This document shows, piece by piece, positions 32,551 to 43,355 of a DNA stretch of 64,000 nucleotides. Where the stretch lies: NCBI GenBank assembly GCA_963727895.1, contig CAVSHT010000014.1, positions 1 to 64,000 on the forward strand, read 5' to 3'. This stretch comes from an uncultured Methanosarcinaceae archaeon. Lineage in GTDB: Archaea > Halobacteriota > Methanosarcinia > Methanosarcinales > Methanosarcinaceae. A model generated the notes under the pieces. It saw nothing but the letters and a program-made list of their open reading frames with translations. It was not told the origin of the DNA and ran no database searches. Each line of letters starts with the position of its first letter. Within the stretch, counting starts at the first letter, position 1. Both the position numbers and the translations under genes were made by a program.

Positions 32551-33825
32551 TTACTCCACCTCTGTTTCGTTGCTCATTTTCAGTTCAGTAAGTATTTCCT
32601 CGAGTAATCCATTATCCAAGGAGGTTATGGGAGTAATCAAATCTGTAAGAATATAACGGTCAAGCTTGTGCCCGCTAGCAGTATAGTATCTGCCTATTAG
32701 TTCATGTTTTAATTTATCCAATACTACTTCTGGATCAAGTGCATCTGCTGCCATCGCAATTGCACTTTCAAGAGAAAGCCCGACAAGCTCTTCGGTGATT
32801 TCTCGATTGATAAGAATGTCCTGAGTGGTAGTTCCAGAGTCAAGGACAGCTTTTATCCTTAGGTCATATTCTCCCTTTATTTTCCCATGTTCAGGGCATG
32901 ATGCCCCCTTAAGCAGAGCCCTCTTACATTCAGGACAGCGTTTTATAAGGCCTGAGCCTGTCTGGATGTCCACCATTGCTCCAGTATATGTGAAAGTAGA
33001 TGTACCGACTTCAATGTCTTCATTGAGCTCTTCTATAGAACTTGACCTGTTAAGCTGAATCTGGACTTTACCACCATATTCATTGACAACAACATTCTTC
33101 AACAAATAATTTTTACCTTCTTCCATGTCCAAAAGATCGGCACTGGCCCAGTTAGTGAATTTTATAACACCTGTGGGATCCCCAATAAGGCCGGCTTGCT
33201 CAATAGTTTTATGGGAGTTCTCCCAGAGCTGAACCACTTTTCCTTTGATGGTAACCCATTGACCCCCTACCAGGTCAACAATGTTTCTAAGTTCGGATTC
33301 CCTTGAAGTAGGTGTAAATTCACCGCCTCCGACTTCTATGTCTTCAGCTAACTTTTCTATTGAACTATTCTTGTTAAGCTGAACTTGAAACCTATCTTTG
33401 TACTCTCCAATGACAATGCTCTTAAAGAGATAACTTTCTCCTTGCTCAAGATTAGGCAATTCAGCGTTTTTCCATCCCGTAAACTTTATAATTCCAGTTT
33501 CATCTCCCAGAAGACCTACCTGAGAGATGGACTCGTGAGTGTTTTCCCAAAGTTGGATTACCTTTGCCTTAAGGTTGGCCCACTTTCCATTTTCCAAGAG
33601 ATCTATTATTTTGGTAAGTTGGGGTTCAGCCTGTCGAGTATAGAATTCATTTTTCGGAATTGAATATTTCTTTAAAAAGTAATTGGTCACACTACGCTGG
33701 GCTTCGTTTTTGGGAACCTTGAATTTTGTAATCATTTCGTCGAGTCTGCTTTCGATGTCTTCTAAAGACACATCGATGCCAAGCTTTAAAAATCGTTCTT
33801 TAATAAGGTTTGCAGTTTGCTTCAT
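32551..33825 (-). CDS. rpa: Replication protein A
   Basis: Protein identical to 612..1886. Confidence 0.92.
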   Translation of the reverse strand: MKQTANLIKERFLKLGIDVSLEDIESRLDEMITKFKVPKNEAQRSVTNYFLKKYSIPKNEFYTRQAEPQLTKIIDLLENGKWANLKAKVIQLWENTHESISQVGLLGDETGIIKFTGWKNAELPNLEQGESYLFKSIVIGEYKDRFQVQLNKNSSIEKLAEDIEVGGGEFTPTSRESELRNIVDLVGGQWVTIKGKVVQLWENSHKTIEQAGLIGDPTGVIKFTNWASADLLDMEEGKNYLLKNVVVNEYGGKVQIQLNRSSSIEELNEDIEVGTSTFTYTGAMVDIQTGSGLIKRCPECKRALLKGASCPEHGKIKGEYDLRIKAVLDSGTTTQDILINREITEELVGLSLESAIAMAADALDPEVVLDKLKHELIGRYYTASGHKLDRYILTDLITPITSLDNGLLEEILTELKMSNETEVE

Positions 33826-34170
33826 TATTCTACCTCAAGCCTCTTGTTTATTTTTAAAGAGAGACAATTTATATTATGATTACACAGGATATAAAGCTAG
33901 GGAAAGCTGAATTAGAGTATTTTTTTCTCAAGGCAGAAGCATTTATGTAAGCTATTCTGTGACGTAATTTCTATTCATTGGTTATTATTTTAGGTGAAAT
34001 CGTTATCATTACATTGATCTTCACAAATTTTATCAAATTATTCAGTGAGTACTATAAAGTCTTCGTCTGCCAGCTAGATAATATTTTTTAAAAAGACAAC
34101 TATTAATGATACAACGAAAATGACACATTTCTTATAGATCAAATCTTAACCCAATACAAATAAAGAGTAG

Positions 34171-35277
34171 TTATGAAAAATCCAGAATAAGCGTCTGCCT
34201 CTCGTCTATTTCCTTAAGTTTTGCAACCCCTACACCCAAAAGTCTGAATTTTTTCCTTCCCTGAAATTCCGATAAGAGCTGTGTAGCTGTCCTTTTAATA
34301 ACAAAAAGATCTGACGTCCAAATCGGGATAGTTTTTGAGCGTGTATACGTGGTAAAGTCCTCAAAACGAACTATAAGGGTGACGGTTTTAAAAAGGAAAC
34401 GATGTTTCATGAGGGAGCTATGCACACTTTCAGTAAGCATTTCCAGAGATTTAGTAATCTTAACCAGATCGTTAGTATCTTTCTCAAAAGTCCCATGCCT
34501 GCTTATGGACTTTATGCTTTCTCTTTCTTGAACATCTCCAAAATCGAGTCCATTAGCCATCTGCTTCATCCTAAGACCCATTTTTCCGAATCTTTTCGAA
34601 AGCAGTTGAACATTATAGCTTGCAAGTTCTTCTACTTTAGTTATTCCCATCTCGTTCAAGGTTTCTGCGGTTTTATCTCCTATCCCCGGAATTTTTGAAA
34701 CTTTTAGAGGAAAAAGAAACTCTCTTGCATCTTCAAATCTGACAACTGTAAGCCCATCAGGTTTCTGAAAGCCAGAAGCAATTTTTGCAATGGGCTTATT
34801 AGGCCCAACACCTATCGAACAGGTAATACCTTCCTGTTTATGAACTTCATCCTTGATTCGAAGGGCGCAAATTGAAGCCTCTTCAAAATTCTTGATTTCA
34901 GGTCCTGGCACAATATAAGCTTTATCCACACTAACTTGCTGGAACTTTTCTGCAAAACCTCTCAAAAGTTCCATTATCCTTGAAGAAACTCCTGTGTAGA
35001 GTTTCATGTTCACAGGCAAGAATGCAGCACCAGGAAAGAGTCTATAAGCCTGGGATATTGGCATTGCAGAATGTATTCCATATTTTCTTGCCTCGTACGA
35101 ACAAGTACTTACAACTCCCCTGCCTAATCCGTCCTTAGGGTCAGAACCAACAATAACTGGTAATCCCTTCAGTTCTGGTCGTTCTCTTATCTCTACGGAC
35201 GCAAAAAAGCTGTCCATGTCTACATGGAGGATTATCCGCCTATCAAAATTATTTATTTCAAGATTGGAGGCAGGCAT
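34171..35277 (-). CDS. dinB: DNA polymerase IV, full length, catalytic SxDE reads SVDK
   Basis: Y-family motifs; likely start MPASNLE. Confidence 0.92.
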   Translation of the reverse strand: MPASNLEINNFDRRIILHVDMDSFFASVEIRERPELKGLPVIVGSDPKDGLGRGVVSTCSYEARKYGIHSAMPISQAYRLFPGAAFLPVNMKLYTGVSSRIMELLRGFAEKFQQVSVDKAYIVPGPEIKNFEEASICALRIKDEVHKQEGITCSIGVGPNKPIAKIASGFQKPDGLTVVRFEDAREFLFPLKVSKIPGIGDKTAETLNEMGITKVEELASYNVQLLSKRFGKMGLRMKQMANGLDFGDVQERESIKSISRHGTFEKDTNDLVKITKSLEMLTESVHSSLMKHRFLFKTVTLIVRFEDFTTYTRSKTIPIWTSDLFVIKRTATQLLSEFQGRKKFRLLGVGVAKLKEIDERQTLILDFS

Positions 35278-35585
35278 TATTGTAAAATAGCATAGAACAT
35301 GTAAATAAGGCTTGAGAAAGTAGAATGAAAGTATTAACATTTTTCAAAAAAGGGCAGTGTGCCGATTTTGCCATGAGAGTACATGAGAAAAATATCCTCA
35401 CGTACTTTTTATGTCAAATCAAAAGTTTCCCTTTTCAACCATTTTTATAAAAATATTTTATGAAACGTTTCGGTTCTGTTTCAGTTTAACATCATCTCCT
35501 TACTTTATATTATGGGCTCTTCATACCGTTTCTTTATAGAAATATGCCTATTCAACCACTCGAAACGATCCTTAAATTTCAATAA

Positions 35586-36773
35586 AAAGTTCCCCCCTAT
35601 AGTGTTCCCCCTCTTTGTATAGTGTAAATGGTTGGAAAGGGTCTATCTATAATCGAAAAATATTCATTATCATTCGATTTATTTCCACTTTTTAACTTTG
35701 TAATGATGGCTATATATAACATTTTCTCTTCAATTTCTGGAAAAATCAATTCGAATAATCCTCAATTTTTCAATTCAGAAGTTCCCCTCTATAGTGTTCC
35801 ATTTTTACAAAAATATTTTTCAAATCGTTGCGGTTCGTTTCGCTTTAATTTTCATTCTATAACATTATGATAATGTCTCAATATACTGTTTTCTTCTCGT
35901 TACTTTATATGAAAACAGCTTTTTTGTTTCGCAACTGTCTTCAATTTTCGATAGAAAAGTTTCCCCCTATAGCGTTCCCCTATTTATATAGTGATTTGTT
36001 GTGGAATCAAAATTATTCTAAATTATGTATCCTCTTAAAATTGTATGGGTAAAAGTAAATTTTATGTATTTGGTGAAAATTTAAAAATTTAACCAAGTCT
36101 GAGAAACAACCTCAAGCAATGCATTCAACTTTACAACTGTACAATAAAATTGTTGCGTATTTTTCGAGTTTGAAAATTCTCCATTGAATTTGAAGAGGAT
36201 ACGTTTAAAGAACATTTAATATTTTTAGGCATAATAAATTAAACAGGCTTTTTCCTGTTTTCTATTTTTTAAACTAAGATGTTTTACTCTAAAAAGGGCA
36301 AATTTTGTCTGTCTGTCTGGTTCTCTCAGACGCATGTCTAGCTAATAATAGGTAACAAGACATGTTTTTCTACTGATGCTGATTTTGGCAGAGCAGACAC
36401 TAAAATGAGATAATATGTATAAATGTATAAAATAAGTAGACGCGTATTGTTTATACAGCCATAACAGGTTAAAGGCTGTCTGAGATACAGAGTTGTATTT
36501 ACGTATCCTCTTCAAATTTTATGGGTTTTCAATCACAGAAAAAAATGTATTATGTCAAGGCCGGTGAATAATTCCTCATTTTAGCCGGATTTAAATTCCC
36601 CAATTTCCAATCCTCAAGAGAAGTTTGGCTAAAATCTTTGGCTAAAATCTCTTTTTTCCATAGAAATTTTCAAGAATTTAGCCTACATTTTTGAGGGCAG
36701 GTTTCAACTGCGAAAAAATAAACACGTTTTGGATATATAAATAATTAAACACGTTTTGGATATATAAATAATA
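35586..36773. repeat. Repeat-rich non-coding region, candidate origin or control region
   Basis: 3x AAGTTCCCCCCTATAGTGTTCC-like; 3x TATCCTCTT(C/A)AAATT; 14-bp and 27-bp tandem repeats. Confidence 0.65.
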
Positions 36774-37083
36774 AAAGAAAAGAACAATAAAATACGGAGA
36801 CTTTTTTATATTATCGAAACATTAGTTGTAAAAAAGATTATTTTGGTAGGGTTCCAAGCTGCCAACGAAGAACCCTGACTCCCCTGAATATAGGAGAATA
36901 TCGTAATGATCAGTAGTTGTAATAGAGATAGCATTGCATATATATTTTGCGCACTGTATGATGAATACTGTTTTTATACAGGAGGCTTAAAATGAGCCTC
37001 GCTGATTATGTACATATAAAGTATATCCCTCTATTTTCTGATCCAGAATTTCTCAAGATCCTAGGAATGGGGGTAAGATATCT

Positions 37084-37767
37084 ATGATTTCCCTGTCAGA
37101 TATCAATCAAGCCTTTAAAAACGCATCTGAACCGGAAAGGATAGAATTTGTGGATTTGATTGCTCCTTATATGGATAAATTTGTAAACACCTCTTTTGAC
37201 GCGAGACTAGCAACTTCAGAGATAAGACCAGTTCAGAGACTTGCAGAAATTGAAACTGTTTTAGGAATTGAGGACTTTTCTTACGATGATGAAGACCATG
37301 AACCTACCATTCCTGAACAAATTACAAGGCTAAACAATATGGTGTCTAAAATAAACACTACATTAAAGCCTGAATTTATTGATAGATCTCTAATTTCTCC
37401 TTCTAAAAATATCACAGAAATTCGCGCTGATTTTCTCATTGAGTACATGAAAAACAATACTGACCTCCCCAAAGCTGCATCTCCTTTTGCAAACATTGAT
37501 ACTAGAATACTGGATTCAAGGGATTTTAAAAAATTCGTTGAAAATTATCTGCCTGAGGAGTACCAGCCTGAGTCTACAAAGAATCTTAGAAAGCTAAAAC
37601 GAGATGTTTTCACGGCAGCTGAAAAAAAATGTTCTACTAATAATATATTCATCGATAAAGCAGATCATGGAGTGAAGGAACTCAGATTGATTTTTGCAAG
37701 ACAAATTCCAGATGAAGAACTGCCTGCATGGATGACAAGAGTAACGGGAGCAACCGTAACTGCGTAA
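37084..37767 (+). CDS. Unknown element-borne protein (module B)
   Basis: Close paralog of 4179..4763; preceded by 31-aa ORF MSLADY at 36992 with GGAGG RBS. Confidence 0.8.
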   Translation: MISLSDINQAFKNASEPERIEFVDLIAPYMDKFVNTSFDARLATSEIRPVQRLAEIETVLGIEDFSYDDEDHEPTIPEQITRLNNMVSKINTTLKPEFIDRSLISPSKNITEIRADFLIEYMKNNTDLPKAASPFANIDTRILDSRDFKKFVENYLPEEYQPESTKNLRKLKRDVFTAAEKKCSTNNIFIDKADHGVKELRLIFARQIPDEELPAWMTRVTGATVTA

Positions 37768-38120
37768 CGGACAAGCCAAAAAGAAGGTTGAAAGCAAAAA
37801 CAAGGATCTCATGAAATCCTGATAATAAAAAGAAAAGCATTAAAAGATAAAAGTTAAGAATTAACTAAAAATAGTCTAAATTTGATACGGTTAGTATAGA
37901 ATATAAAAAATAAATAAGTAAAAAAAGAAATTAAGAAAACTAATCTTGAGATAAATCTTGTAAAGTACGTGACTTGGTCACAATAAGTTTCAATTGAGGA
38001 ATTATTAAAGGCTCAATGATTTTGAAGGAACCTAAAAAACTCAGTAAATTTACGATTTTTCTTAAGGGTTTTGTCTTGTCTGTAGTCTCGGACGCACAGA
38101 CGCTTGTCTATATATTATTA

Positions 38121-38234
38121 GGACTTACGCACTTGAAGTCTAAAATCAAGAACAATCGACCTTGTGAATAATTTGGCGTTTTAGACAGTTAATAGTCTAA
38201 TGCTATTGATTTTGCAGTCCAACTGCGTGAGTCC
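38121..38234. mobile_element. MITE
   Basis: GGACTTACGCACTTG...CAACTGCGTGAGTCC. Confidence 0.7.
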
Positions 38235-38321
38235 TACTATATTCATAGTTGTTTTTGATACTATGCTCTACCTCGCAAATAAAAATGAAAAAAAGAAATT
38301 TGACTAAAAGAAATTTGACTA

Positions 38322-39341
38322 TCACTGTACTATTTCTATTTTATAAGGCTGTGCTGTGTTAATTTGAAGATAGTAGTCTCCAGCTCCTCTTTCTATTGTT
38401 GTATCGTTTCCGGCACCTATTATATTCGCTGCACTGTCTTTATAAGTTCCGTCAGCGTTGTATATATTTATTATAAAATTCATATCCCCATATTTCCCTG
38501 GTTTAGTTGCCCATGCTATCGTCCATTTATCAGAGGTGATATGGAAAGTTTCAGTATTTTTTATTGAACTTCCCGACCATTCCGCTACAACCTGAGGCTT
38601 GCTGTTCTCAGTAGTGTTAGATGGGTCCGCTGAATTTGATGAAGTGCTTTCTGTATCGTTTGAAGTTATTTCACTATCGGACGTTGATGTGGAACTTTGT
38701 TCTTCCAATGGATTTAGAGTATATGCCAGTTCCTTTGTCTCGGAATTTTCCACTTTTACTTTTTCATGTTGTGGCTCATATCCTGAGAGGTACGCGGTCA
38801 CAGAACGAGTTCCGGATTTCACAGACAACCCCTCGATTGGCGAAACACCTTCAGAAACTCCATCAACTGTGATAGTAGCACCTTCAGGATTTGTTACTAT
38901 GTTTAATGTTCCTCCGTTGATAGGAGTTGAAGTTGCTGCAGATGTAGAAGTAGATTTTTGAGTATTCTTTGCTGGAGTTGGAGTAGTCACTGGAGTGGAG
39001 GAAGTAGTATTTTGAGTTTCAGACGGAGTACTATTTACAGCCGACTGCCCACTTATTCCTGTAGAAGAATCAGCAGCAACTCCTGTATTTTGGGTTGTGT
39101 GTGGTGTTACTGCTGCTATTCCTAATATAAGAACAAATACAAGGACGAAGCGAATAGCTCCAGACATCTTAAGATTTATGCTTTTCTCGATTGGGTCAGC
39201 AATTGCAGGGATACAAACTATAGCAATCAATATACTAATTATAGCCCCTGCAATTTGACTTTGTAATAACGATCCAAAAGCAAGTAATAGGAACAACAAG
39301 CCTACAATCCATCTTATTATTTTTGAAAATGTAATTTCCAT
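38322..39341 (-). CDS. Membrane-anchored PEGA-domain surface protein
   Basis: 3 TM helices, S/T linker, GTLNIVTNPEGATITVDG...G.SP...SGY. Confidence 0.85.
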   Translation of the reverse strand: MEITFSKIIRWIVGLLFLLLAFGSLLQSQIAGAIISILIAIVCIPAIADPIEKSINLKMSGAIRFVLVFVLILGIAAVTPHTTQNTGVAADSSTGISGQSAVNSTPSETQNTTSSTPVTTPTPAKNTQKSTSTSAATSTPINGGTLNIVTNPEGATITVDGVSEGVSPIEGLSVKSGTRSVTAYLSGYEPQHEKVKVENSETKELAYTLNPLEEQSSTSTSDSEITSNDTESTSSNSADPSNTTENSKPQVVAEWSGSSIKNTETFHITSDKWTIAWATKPGKYGDMNFIINIYNADGTYKDSAANIIGAGNDTTIERGAGDYYLQINTAQPYKIEIVQ

Positions 39342-39652
39342 ATTGATACATCTTTTATAAAATTCACCCTACACTTATTAAGTTAAAAAAGGAAATATTT
39401 CAGTTTTTCTAAAAATTTTTGTATTAATCGACTAATATTTTAATATTTTAAATATTGATAACATAGATAGAGTCCAAAATCCTAATTTAACATCGTTACT
39501 CTCTCGTTAACTAGAACATAAGACTCTATATATAAAATTTTTAATATTCATGATATAAGTTTTTTCTTTTGTTATAAAAACGAAATAAATATACACTTAC
39601 CTAAACTGATTTTATTTTGAAAAATTGTAATAAAATAAAAGGAGAATTACAA

Positions 39653-40066
39653 ATGTTGAAAAATCGTTTAGCGATGGTTATTATGGTAACATGTCTAATT
39701 TTGGGCACGGTTCCGTTTGCTCTAGGTGCTACAACTACAGCAAACACGAATGTTTATATCAGCACTTTATACGTTGGAGCACCTCATCAAACGCAAAATC
39801 AAGAATATGTTCAAATTAAGAATAAAGGAACAACGTCAGTAAATCTGAAAGGTTGGAAAATTAAAGATCAGGATGCGAAGCACACTTATACTTTTCCTTC
39901 ATATACGTTGAAATCCAAATCTACAGTAACTCTTAGAAGTGGAAGTGGTAAAAACTCTGGGAGCACGCTATACTGGAACAAAAATATTTTCATATGGAAC
40001 AATGAAGGAGATACTGCCTACTTATACAATGCTCAGGGGAAGTTAGTTTCTTCAAATAATGGATGA
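39653..40066 (+). CDS. Secreted lamin-tail-domain protein
   Basis: EYVQIKNKG...VNLKGWKIKD...YTFP...WNNEGDTAYLY. Confidence 0.88.
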   Translation: MLKNRLAMVIMVTCLILGTVPFALGATTTANTNVYISTLYVGAPHQTQNQEYVQIKNKGTTSVNLKGWKIKDQDAKHTYTFPSYTLKSKSTVTLRSGSGKNSGSTLYWNKNIFIWNNEGDTAYLYNAQGKLVSSNNG

Positions 40067-40472
40067 GAGATCATAGAAGATTATTAAGTCTTTTTAACTC
40101 TTTCATCTTTATTACTTTTTTCATATTGAACTAATATTCAGAAGAGTTTCTTCTGCAAGTTTGATAGGTTAGTAAGTTGTATTTAAATTGTAAAAAATCT
40201 CGTGTTGTCGATGCGCAGGGGGCTTTGTGGGGTAAGCTTCCTGCAACTTATAATAGTAAATTGATCCTTGGCAATAGGCTTTTGACCTTCCAGTTTTTTA
40301 TCCATCTTTTGAATTTATAGAGTTTCTTGGTAATATAATGCACAACTTCAAAAGTTTTTTAAACTACTGCATCTTTAATGGTATTCGCTAGAAAAGAGAA
40401 GTTTATCCCCTCTATGTCCTCTTTTCTTTTATAACTCTGCATGATGTCGATTTTAACCTACATTTTCCAAGA

Positions 40473-40956
40473 TTACCAAAACTTCCACCACTTCTTATTT
40501 CCTTCTCCAGGTGCTTTAATGGCTTTTTGCTGGATAAGTGTCTGCATTTGCCTCATATAATTATCATAGAGATTTTTGATATCATCCTTATCTCTATGAG
40601 CTTGTTCAAGTTCCCCCACGAGGGCAAGATTATATTTTTCTAATTCAGTATTTTTAGCCTCTAATGCCCCAACTTTTACCCTCAGTTCTCCTGATAATGC
40701 CCCATTTTTATTCCTCACTTGCCCCTTCTTGTCCCGTTACCCTCCCTTGCCCTAATGGATCTCTATTTGCCCCATTGCTACCCTTTGCTTGCCCTTGCCC
40801 TTGCCCTTCTAAAACTAACTCTTATCCTGTTATTATTGTCTCAGTCCATGTTTTTGATCCTAATATTGATTCAACCTTATCATATAATTCTGGGGAAATC
40901 CATGCCCCAACTTTTTTTCTGTTGGGGTCACCTATCCGTTTCTTGCCCTCGACCAT
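40473..40956 (-). pseudogene. Coiled-coil protein ending KKWWKFW, broken
   Basis: MVEGKKR start, TAA at 40822, GGGCAA repeats, C-terminal ORF 40473-40718. Confidence 0.6.
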
Positions 40957-41489
40957 GAAACAAAAATGTAAAAAGGAGTATGTAACGTTTTCGAACTGTA
41001 ATCTTTTGAAACCGGTAAAAGTATGAATTAATACAAATCTTGGCATATTTAGGAGAACCTAATTTTTAAATTGTTAAGACAATTGTGTAAATTTTAAGTA
41101 AATACATTTTATATTTGTATATTTTACAATAACTATGTGTTTCTTACCTTTTTTTGTTAAAGTACCGTATTGATAGGTCATAACTGCCATGTTCCTATAT
41201 ACTCTGAAATTACTCGATTTAGAAAAGTAATGTTTTTAATCGGTAACTTTGTTTTATAATCCGCTATATAAAATTTTGAATAAAATCGAAATGTTAATTA
41301 ATTTGCTCCTTAAATTATCTAACAAAATAAAGGAGATTGTAGAGTAATGGTTTAGGATTAGGATATTTTTTACCTAATTTTTCATTTGCGTTATCAGCAG
41401 ATTTTAAGGTTAACATTCTATATGCATGTGTTTTTTAATACTCGCTATTATAGCTGGTTTGAATCTAAAATATAACCCTAAATTTTGCT

Positions 41490-41885
41490 TTGAAGGAAGG
41501 TCTTCTAATTTTTGGTTTTATTAGTACTTTTGCTTTTTTGCTTTTTATTGTCATGACAATTGTCTTTGTTGGGATGGCATGTTTTTCTATTCCCAAATAT
41601 GGATATATGGATTATTTTGTACTCTCTTTTATCTGTCTCGTAATAGCGTTGATATTTATTGCTTATTTCATATATCTCATATTATACCATAGACGTAATT
41701 ACGGAACGTCCAATGGTGCTTATTTTATTGGTACGTTTGCAGTTTTGTCAATTATAGGATCATTTTACTGTGTTGAAAAAGGCGTTTCAGCAATACCTCC
41801 GGTAATTATGAGTGGAATTTTATTTTCAATTGGAGTCATCGTTGTAGTCTTTTTGGTTTTATTGTTCAGTGTTTATAATGAATGA
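41490..41885 (+). CDS. Hypothetical four-TM membrane protein
   Basis: Hydrophobic ORF; start uncertain. Confidence 0.55.
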   Translation: MKEGLLIFGFISTFAFLLFIVMTIVFVGMACFSIPKYGYMDYFVLSFICLVIALIFIAYFIYLILYHRRNYGTSNGAYFIGTFAVLSIIGSFYCVEKGVSAIPPVIMSGILFSIGVIVVVFLVLLFSVYNE

Positions 41886-42086
41886 TTTTTTATGCATATG
41901 CTCTTTGTATCACAATGTGCCCACTAAAGAAGACAAGGTGAAAATTAAACAGCAGGTTAAATATTAAGCTGCTTTTCGATAATACAGAAAATAAAAAGTC
42001 TTGGCAGATGTTCTGGACATGAACTCTAGGAAAAGTCACTCTATTTGAAATAAAACTGCTGCCTGATACAGAAAGGGTTATAGAAC

Positions 42087-42165
42087 GCTTGATCAGGATA
42101 AAGGGAAACTTTCAAGTCCGGTTCTTAGAAAAGGGAGAGCGAGTAATCGCTCTTTCTTATTCAAC
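42087..42165 (+). mobile_element. Group II intron 3' remnant (domains V-VI)
   Basis: 34-nt domain V-like GATCAGGATAAAGGGAAACTTTCAAGTCCGGTTC, domain VI hairpin GAGAGCGAGTAATCGCTCTTTC, ends in AC. Confidence 0.75.
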
Positions 42166-42347
42166 ACTTCGTAGCGTCTAACTCATAATTTTACAATGGA
42201 ACCAAAGTTTCTTTTTGATTTATATAATTCCATATATATCTTTTAGTAAGGATAACTATAGCTGGGAAATATTTGGTTGATATACAGATGAATTACAGAA
42301 AAACTAAGAACTCAATTATCAAAGGATATTAGTGGGTGTATGGGTGG

Positions 42348-42449
42348 ATGGAAATAACAAATAACATAAAAAAGCTGATTGCTATCTTAATAGTTATCTT
42401 GATGGTAGTCATGATGATTGCAATGTTGGGACCGATATGGATGAGATAA
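42348..42449 (+). CDS. 33-aa single-TM microprotein
   Basis: MEITNNIKKLIAILIVILMVVMMIAMLGPIWMR; GGGTG upstream. Confidence 0.45.
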   Translation: MEITNNIKKLIAILIVILMVVMMIAMLGPIWMR

Positions 42450-43056
42450 TTATGACGGTTCCGTTGCAAAAAATCTCAGAATAAGCATGTAAATCTATAG
42501 ACAATGAACAAAAGTTAAAATATTATAAAAGATTTATCAGTATTATAGAGCTATTCCAAATAATTAATTGATTACTGTTATTGTGATGGCAGTTTTGTAA
42601 ATCATAATTGACTATGCGTTTCTTACCTTTTTTAGCTCTTAACGATACGGTTATCGATAGGAAAAAATTTTTACCCAAAAATGAAATGGGCTTCCTGATA
42701 TTTAATTTTCACATATGCATGGTATTTTGTATTCCATAGTCTTTAGAATGACTTTTTACTAATTCGCTTAGCTCTGATTAGCCGATGTCGAAAATTTTCT
42801 TCGAGTAAACAAAATTGGATAAAATTTGAAGAAAATCCTTGACTTTTGGACACTTACATTAATCCCAAATTTCTAGTAATAAGCTCAAAAGGTATGTTTC
42901 CATTGTAATATTTTGGCGTAGCCTCTAATCTTTATTATTATTGGACAATATTATCTCAAATTCTCCTTTTAATAATTCCCCCTTTTATGAGCCTCTTTTC
43001 GATGTCCCTAATTTCGTAATCTGTAAAAGATAGGCTCTGATAATGTCTAAGACTAG

Positions 43057-43156
43057 TGTCAAGAAAATTTAGTTATTGATCATCTAAAGCTCAAAATCAT
43101 TGTGCACTGACAAGAAGCTACTAAAGATCATGCTCAATAATTAAATTGCCATGACA
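43057..43156. mobile_element. MITE family C
   Basis: CTAG-TGTCA...TGACA-CTAG. Confidence 0.88.
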
Positions 43157-43161
43157 CTAGT

Positions 43162-43282
43162 GTTCATGTCCAGAGACCTTCCGCAGTAAATTTGATTTAA
43201 ATCTTCTGACATAGTCCAATGGAAATATGGAATTTTCCGGGAATTTCATTGAGTGTTACCGCAGAAGGTCTCTGGACATGAA
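43162..43282. mobile_element. MITE family D
   Basis: TTCATGTCCAGAGACCTTC...GAAGGTCTCTGGACATGAA. Confidence 0.85.
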
Positions 43283-43355
43283 TATTAATCGATAACTAAT
43301 GGAAAAATATCACTTCCTGGAAAACATCTTCGTGAAGTAGGAGAAAAAAAATCTT

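Larger units (their letters stand above)
31939..35469 (+). repeat. Copy 2 of direct duplication
   Basis: Matches 1-3403. Confidence 0.97.
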
